Shown here piece by piece: positions 44,951-50,073 of a stretch of DNA of 50,073 nt. Position numbers and translations under genes: made by a program. The stretch comes from a virus (taxonomy: Duplodnaviria > Caudoviricetes). How positions within the stretch are numbered: the stretch's first letter is position 1; every line of letters begins with the position of its first letter. The DNA lies in the IMG/VR virus record IMGVR_UViG_3300025610_000037, positions 1-50,073 of that record. One strand, 5' to 3'. Under the pieces are notes generated by a model. The model worked only from the letters and a program-made list of their open reading frames with translations. It did not search any database and had not been told where the DNA came from.

Positions 44951-45150
44951 CCCGCCGCTACGACGGCAACCTCGCCGCCCTCGACCGCTACCTCGACCAG
45001 CAGGAAGCCGACACCTGTCCGCACTGCGGGGACACGCGGGGCGCCGTCGACTGCTGCGACGCCCGGTACGCCGAGTGGGAGCAGTGGCGGCTGGAGTGGG
45101 AGGCGGACTGCGACCGGCGGTACGAGCGGGAGTTTGGAGGAGGACGATGA
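44947..45150 (+). CDS. Hypothetical protein (67 aa)
   Basis: GTGA overlap, SD. Confidence 0.55.
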   Translation: MTRRYDGNLAALDRYLDQQEADTCPHCGDTRGAVDCCDARYAEWEQWRLEWEADCDRRYEREFGGGR

Positions 45151-45389
45151 GCGACAAGAACTGGACGCGAGAGAAGAACACCAACCTCGACGGCGACACC
45201 ATCGTCGACGCGCACGCCTGGCAGCGGGCGGACGGCTGGCGGGTGCTGCAGTTCGTCCACGGCGGCCTGTGGCGAGTGGTCGACCCCAACGGGTTCCTGA
45301 TGGAGCACGGCCCCCGCACGCCCCGAGGCTGGTCCGTCAGCAGCAACGCGCGACGCTGGGCCGACGAGCACTTCGGAGCCGCAGCGTGA
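45147..45389 (+). CDS. Hypothetical protein (80 aa)
   Basis: GGAGGAGG SD, ATGA overlap. Confidence 0.6.
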   Translation: MSDKNWTREKNTNLDGDTIVDAHAWQRADGWRVLQFVHGGLWRVVDPNGFLMEHGPRTPRGWSVSSNARRWADEHFGAAA

Positions 45390-45655
45390 CCGACCTGCAC
45401 CAGCTGCAAGCCGCCATCCGCGGTGAGGTCCCGGCACCGTCGTGGTGGGTTGGCGAGCCGCTGCCGATGGACCCGGTGGCCCCGCCAGTCCCGATGCCCG
45501 AGTTGCGCGCCTTCCTCGTCTACGACAAGCGGCAGCCGTACGGGCCGCCGGAGTTGGTGCTGGCCGAGGAGCACTGCCTGGCCGTGCGCTACGCCATGCG
45601 CCGGCACCACTGGCGCGACCAGCGGCACTTGAGCGTGCGGCTGCGGCGGCCCTAG
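45386..45655 (+). CDS. Hypothetical protein (89 aa)
   Basis: GTGA overlap. Confidence 0.5.
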   Translation: MTDLHQLQAAIRGEVPAPSWWVGEPLPMDPVAPPVPMPELRAFLVYDKRQPYGPPELVLAEEHCLAVRYAMRRHHWRDQRHLSVRLRRP

Positions 45656-45801
45656 AGAACGCCGACCGTCGGGATGGTCCCGGCGGCGGTCAACCGGCGG
45701 GTGCTCTGGACACAGGGCGCCTTCCTGCACCACCCCTCCCCCGCCAACGCGAGGCGGACCGGCCTGTGACCGGCGGCGGGGGAGGGGATGGAGGATGCGG
45801 C

Positions 45802-46131
45802 ATGCCTGACCACACCTGGTCCTGGGTCGCCCGGTACATCGACACCGAGTCGTACCCGGGCGCGATGACCGACCGGCGGTTGGCGCGGCTGCTCGGAGTG
45901 AACCACCAGACGGTGCGTGCGGCGCGGGTCGGGCAGGACATCCTGAGTGCCCCGGACCGCCGCGAGCTCGCCCTCGCGCGGCTCATCCGCAACGAGGACA
46001 AGCGCCGGCCGCTCTCCGACGTCCAGTTGGCGAAGCGGCTCGGCAAGGGCGAGGACACGGTGCGCGGCGTGCGGCTGCGGCTGGGGTTCGGGTCGAGACT
46101 GGAGCGGCGACAGGCCGCGGAGAGGGGGTAG
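45802..46131 (+). CDS. Protein with two tandem sigma54 C-terminal (RpoN-box)-like HTH domains
   Basis: LIRNEDKRRPLSDVQLAKRL...TVRGVRLRLGFGSRLERR resembles RpoN LI..ED...PLSD..L...RRTVAKYR..L.I.....R; a similar unit lies N-terminally. Confidence 0.7.
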   Translation: MPDHTWSWVARYIDTESYPGAMTDRRLARLLGVNHQTVRAARVGQDILSAPDRRELALARLIRNEDKRRPLSDVQLAKRLGKGEDTVRGVRLRLGFGSRLERRQAAERG

Positions 46132-46133
46132 GG

Positions 46134-46547
46134 ATGAGTTACGGAAAGTGCCCGATCTGCGGCGCGGATGTCGTGAGCAGAGAGCGTCGGCCGAATGGAA
46201 ACAGCGAGTGTGTCAACGGACACACGTTTCCATCGCGGCAGACCATTGACCCCGGAGGGGGTCCTGACGAAGACACCGCGCGCGGTCCCGAGGCTGTCGC
46301 CTTGGCCGACCGCGATCGGCTGGCGGGGTGGCTCGACCGCATCTTTGCCGAGTCCCGCGCACGCGGCATCGTGTGGCCGTTCCGAACGGCGCCGGGATCG
46401 TCGGAGTGGTACGAGGACCGGCTGGAGGCGGCCCGCGAGCGGGAGCGCCGGATGTACCGCGAAGCCGTCGCCCTGCTGACGCCGGAGCAACTCGCGGCCA
46501 TCCATGCGATAGGGCCGGGTGGGCTCAAGAGGGAAGACGACCGATGA
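46134..46547 (+). CDS. Hypothetical protein with N-terminal Zn ribbon
   Basis: CPICG...CVNGH. Confidence 0.55.
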   Translation: MSYGKCPICGADVVSRERRPNGNSECVNGHTFPSRQTIDPGGGPDEDTARGPEAVALADRDRLAGWLDRIFAESRARGIVWPFRTAPGSSEWYEDRLEAARERERRMYREAVALLTPEQLAAIHAIGPGGLKREDDR

Positions 46548-47059
46548 CCTTCGTCGGCATCGACCCCGGCAAGAAGGGCGCCCTGGTCGCCATCGCCAGC
46601 GACGGCCGAGTGCTGGGCTCGACCCGCATGCCGGTCACCGCGGCCGGCAAGGGCGGCACCGTCGACGTCCGGGCGGTCCGGCGGTGGTTGCTGTCGGTCT
46701 GCGGCAACAACCAGCAGTCGCTGCGTGTGCTGCTCGAGGAGCCGTCCATCCGCCCCAAGGAGTCCGGTCGGTCCGGGCTGACCATCGGGCGCAACCACGG
46801 ACGGCTGGAAGGCCTGCTCGTGGGCATCGACGCACCGTACGACCTCGTCACCCCGCAGGCGTGGCGGCGGGCGATGGGGCTGCCGAAGCGCACCGACGCC
46901 GAGAAGAAGCTGCGGAAGGCCGAGGCGGTGGAGAAGTGCCGGCGACTGCTGCCGGGCCTGCAACTCATCCCCGACGGCTGCCGCGTGCCGAACGACGGGA
47001 TCGCCGACGCCGGACTCATGGCCGAGCACGCGCGGCGGACGATGGGTGGCGCGGTCTAG
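46544..47059 (+). CDS. RuvC-like Holliday junction resolvase
   Basis: VGIDPGKKGA, LEEP, PQAWR, DGIADA. Confidence 0.85.
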   Translation: MTFVGIDPGKKGALVAIASDGRVLGSTRMPVTAAGKGGTVDVRAVRRWLLSVCGNNQQSLRVLLEEPSIRPKESGRSGLTIGRNHGRLEGLLVGIDAPYDLVTPQAWRRAMGLPKRTDAEKKLRKAEAVEKCRRLLPGLQLIPDGCRVPNDGIADAGLMAEHARRTMGGAV

Positions 47060-47469
47060 CGCGCCGAGCAGATCCCGAACCCCGCCAGGCCACCGACCGC
47101 CAGTGACCCAAGGTTCGTCGCGACGTTCGTGCCGATCACGGTGCGAGCCTTCGACGCACGCGCCTCCTTCAGAGCCACTGCGCGGTTGGTGCCCTCGCCG
47201 GCCAGCGCGTCGACCACGGTCTGCAACTCGTTGACCTGCGCGACCCAGCCAGCCTCGGCGACGTCGGCAGCCTCGGTGCGGCGGATGAACCAGGACGCGC
47301 ACTCCGGCGAGATGGCCCACAGCCCGTCGGCCGTCCCCGACCACGAGCACCCCGGGGGCTGCAGGTCCGGCGTGAACACCGGCACCTCGATGACCGGCGC
47401 CTCGACCGGCTGGATCAGCGGACTCGCCTGCGCCGGGACGACCAACAGCAGCAGGGCCAGCAACCTCAC
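47056..47469 (-). CDS. Secreted/membrane protein, possible spanin-like lysis component
   Basis: Signal peptide without lipobox Cys, coiled coil, hydrophobic C-terminus. Confidence 0.45.
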   Translation of the reverse strand: MRLLALLLLVVPAQASPLIQPVEAPVIEVPVFTPDLQPPGCSWSGTADGLWAISPECASWFIRRTEAADVAEAGWVAQVNELQTVVDALAGEGTNRAVALKEARASKARTVIGTNVATNLGSLAVGGLAGFGICSAR

Positions 47470-47786
47470 TTGAGGCTCCGGGTGCGGCGGTTGGCCTCCT
47501 CGAGGCTCATGGTCCGGGGCTCGGCCGCGCGGTCAGCAGACGCCGCACTGGCCTCGGCCGCGACGGCGTTGGCCCGCAGCACGGCGGCCTTCTTCTTGCG
47601 GCGGCTGCGGACAGCGGCAGCAGAGGCGCCCAGGACCGTCACAGTGCCCGCCGCCTCCTTCAGCATTCCGTTGACCAGGGCGACGGCGACGAAGGCAGCC
47701 ACGGCGCCCCCAGCAACCGCTCCGGCCACCCACAGGCGCACCGGCTTCTCCGTCAGCCAGTCGATGATGTTCAGCAACGTCTTCAC
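47466..47786 (-). CDS. Membrane protein, possible lysis component
   Basis: Hydrophobic segments then a basic, Ala-rich helix. Confidence 0.5.
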   Translation of the reverse strand: MKTLLNIIDWLTEKPVRLWVAGAVAGGAVAAFVAVALVNGMLKEAAGTVTVLGASAAAVRSRRKKKAAVLRANAVAAEASAASADRAAEPRTMSLEEANRRTRSLK

Positions 47787-48164
47787 GCCTCACCTCCATG
47801 CCTGCCCGCCAGCCACATCGTCAGCATGACGGCGACGAACAGGAACACGCCAGCACCTAGCGACGGGACCTGGGCCGGCATCCCGCCAGCGAGAGCTAGT
47901 GCAAGAGAACCCATTCCGAACCCCCAGCTGCTGCAGCCGCCAGCACAACGGCGATCAGTGCCGCCCAGCCTACCCACTGCGGCAGGACGTACAGCGTCCA
48001 GTCCGGCGGGTCGTAGTCGTTCAGACGAACAGCCCGAAGTGGTAGCCGCCGCCGAGCAGCGCGAAGAACAGAGCGGCTCCGGGCAGGCTCGCTAGGATGA
48101 TCAGCAGGCACACCCCGAGCACCGCCGCCAGAACGGGCACCAGCAGCAGGTCGACTAGCGTCAC
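47783..48164 (-). pseudogene. Hydrophobic membrane-protein reading split over three frames
   Basis: Consecutive hydrophobic segments 48164-48021, ~48024-47896 and ~47925-47783 in successive frames. Confidence 0.4.
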
Positions 48165-48574
48165 GTCGAGCCCAGCCATTTCTTCGTGTGCGTCCCGTCG
48201 TGCCACTGCATGACGACCGCGCCGTGGGTGGCCGACACCTTCCACCGGCCAGTCGTGTCCCGGTCGGCGTCGTAGTCCACCCGATACCAGCGGTCGCTGT
48301 TCTTCTCCTTGAGCACCGTGCCCGAAGCCTTGAGCTCGACCTCGAGCGTCTCCGTCGTCGACGTGCGGGGCCACCTGACCTCGACCTCGTCGGGCGCCGT
48401 GCCCTCCTTCTTGAAGAACCGGAACTCCGAGCCGCCGGGACCGCTCAGGACGCCGCAGTCCTCGAGTGCGCCGCCGACCTGCGCCGCTAGGTGCGGCTCG
48501 TCGTTCTTGGGCCCGCCTGGCAGCGTGTCGTTGGGGAACTCCTCGTCGGTAGGCTCGGGCCACGAGTCACTCAT
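48161..48574 (-). CDS. Hypothetical protein (137 aa)
   Basis: AGGA SD; protein-like composition. Confidence 0.6.
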   Translation of the reverse strand: MSDSWPEPTDEEFPNDTLPGGPKNDEPHLAAQVGGALEDCGVLSGPGGSEFRFFKKEGTAPDEVEVRWPRTSTTETLEVELKASGTVLKEKNSDRWYRVDYDADRDTTGRWKVSATHGAVVMQWHDGTHTKKWLGST

Positions 48575-48583
48575 CGTCTTTTC

Positions 48584-49015
48584 CTAGAAGTCCGGGCCAG
48601 CAAGCCCGTCCGGCTCCTCTCCGTCTACCACGGCCTCGTCGTCGTCAGCGTCAGCAATCGGCGCCTGGCCCACCAGACGATCGAGGTTGGCCAGGATCCC
48701 CAGCAGCGTCGCCAGCAGGGCCACCAGCGCCGTCGCCGCCACCCAGTTGATCCTGACGAAGGAGCGCACCGCAAGCTTCGCCGAGTGCGCCTGCAGCAGA
48801 GGAGTGACCTTCTCCGTCAGGTCGTCGAGGTCCGACCGCAGTGCCGCGACCTTGTGCTCGAGCGCCGACTCCCGCTTACCCGCCTCGAACAACTCCCGGG
48901 CCTGCTCCGGGTTCATGCGGAACGTGGTCAGTGCGTCCGGCGACGTCCGGGCCTCCCGAGATCGACGGAGTGCCGCCATCAGGTCGGCGTGCAGCACCTC
49001 GTCGATGTCACTCAC
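48584..49015 (-). CDS. Coiled-coil protein with one TM helix (143 aa)
   Basis: GTGA overlap; WVAATALVALLATLLGILA. Confidence 0.55.
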   Translation of the reverse strand: MSDIDEVLHADLMAALRRSREARTSPDALTTFRMNPEQARELFEAGKRESALEHKVAALRSDLDDLTEKVTPLLQAHSAKLAVRSFVRINWVAATALVALLATLLGILANLDRLVGQAPIADADDDEAVVDGEEPDGLAGPDF

Positions 49016-49470
49016 GGAAGGGTGTCTATGCTCATCGACGCAGTCAGGCTCGCAAACGAGTGCGAGTCCGTAGGGCGCGACAGCTGGGCCTCCGCGATGG
49101 CTGCGCGCAGTTGCGCGACGATGAACGGCTTCGCCAGGTACGCCGCCCCCGCGCGACTCGCGTGCCGAACGTCCGGGCTGTCCTCGGGCATCATCCCCGA
49201 GATGACCACCACCGGAACCCGCATCAACGGACCCGGCTGCTTGATCGCCGACGCGAGGTCCGCGCCGTTCAAGTCTTCCTTCGACGGGATGTACACGTCG
49301 CAGATGACCAACGCCGGGATGGGCGCACGGGAAAGGGCCGCAACCCCCTCCTCCAGCGTCGAGCACTGGTCCTCCGGCGCCACGCTGTAGCCCAGCACGT
49401 CGGACAGCAGGCGCGCCAGCCCGGCCAGCACATGGGGCTGGTCCTCGACCACGATCGCACGGCGGGTCAT
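49012..49470 (-). CDS. Single-domain response regulator (CheY-like receiver)
   Basis: IVVED, LVICDVYIP, NG..L, PVVVISG, YLAKPF; GGAGGAG SD. Confidence 0.85.
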   Translation of the reverse strand: MTRRAIVVEDQPHVLAGLARLLSDVLGYSVAPEDQCSTLEEGVAALSRAPIPALVICDVYIPSKEDLNGADLASAIKQPGPLMRVPVVVISGMMPEDSPDVRHASRAGAAYLAKPFIVAQLRAAIAEAQLSRPTDSHSFASLTASMSIDTLP

Positions 49471-50072
49471 GGCTTCTCCTCCACCGCGGACACGTTGTGC
49501 TGGCTCGTCAGCGTCCCGTCGGCGTAGGCGTCGAGCGTCGACCCACGCGAAGACTCTGAGCCCGGGTACTGCCAGTCGCCCTTTGGCTCCTTGCCACCCG
49601 GCGTCACCATGCTGACGAACCGCAGCATGAACGCACGGGTCGCCTCGTTCAGTGACTCGCCCACTGCGTTGTGGACAGCGATGGCCAGCCCGCCGGCCGC
49701 CAACCCGAGCAGCGGCTCCGCAAACGGCTGCAGCCCACTCGGCCACGGCTGCATGTGGTCGGCCACAGTCTCGATAGCCACAGCGCCCTCAGGCAGTAGC
49801 GGGGCCACAGCCAGCGCCAGCAGGTAAACCAGCCAGTGCATGCCGCCGGCGACCAGGCCGATGACATTGGGCATCGTGCGAACTGCCGTGACGTAGCGAC
49901 GCCGGCCCACCGGCACCGGCCGGCTCTCCTTGTCGTTGACCTCGTCAACGCCGTACCGATCCTCGTAGCGAGGCTTCAGGTACACCACCTTCCAGACCTC
50001 GGTCAGGCTGTAGCAGGCCAGGCAGAGAATGCCGAACGCGAGGAACGTGAACAGCAGCAGCGAGATGATGGC
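49467..50072 (-). CDS. Multi-TM membrane protein (holin-like), 5'-truncated at the window edge
   Basis: Frame open to the edge (AIISLLLFTFLAFGILCLAC...); three hydrophobic segments. Confidence 0.5.
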   Translation of the reverse strand, partial: AIISLLLFTFLAFGILCLACYSLTEVWKVVYLKPRYEDRYGVDEVNDKESRPVPVGRRRYVTAVRTMPNVIGLVAGGMHWLVYLLALAVAPLLPEGAVAIETVADHMQPWPSGLQPFAEPLLGLAAGGLAIAVHNAVGESLNEATRAFMLRFVSMVTPGGKEPKGDWQYPGSESSRGSTLDAYADGTLTSQHNVSAVEEKP

Positions 50073-50073
50073 G

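Overview
The window is a ~50 kb piece of a very GC-rich (roughly 70% by eye) tailed dsDNA phage genome with short-tailed (podovirus-like) architecture. No host genes or att boundaries are visible. (1) 1-22.8 kb is the virion module, mostly minus strand: terminase large subunit, portal plus an FmdB-like gene (both inverted onto the plus strand), scaffold, major capsid, two decoration-like proteins, adaptor, nozzle, three small paralogous tail proteins and large ejection-type proteins. (2) 22.8-26.3 kb has small genes, two tandem atypical tRNA genes and a non-coding strand-switch region that may be the genome end or packaging site. (3) 26.3-35 kb is a plus-strand early region of small genes separated by several families of repeated structured leaders, and includes a small serine recombinase. 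(4) 35.0-35.7 kb is a ~700 nt gap with no credible ORF and dense base-pairing potential, a candidate large non-coding RNA and the most striking unexplained element. (5) 35.7-41.7 kb is the replication operon: initiator, primase-helicase and two DNA methyltransferases. (6) 41.8-47 kb is the recombination operon: Gp3-like protein, PD-(D/E)XK nuclease, RuvC-like resolvase and a protein made of two sigma54 RpoN-box-like domains. (7) 47-50 kb has membrane/lysis-like genes and a stand-alone response-regulator receiver. All product calls come from motif recognition by eye, with no database searches. A GC-rich Gram-negative host such as Myxococcota is an inference only.
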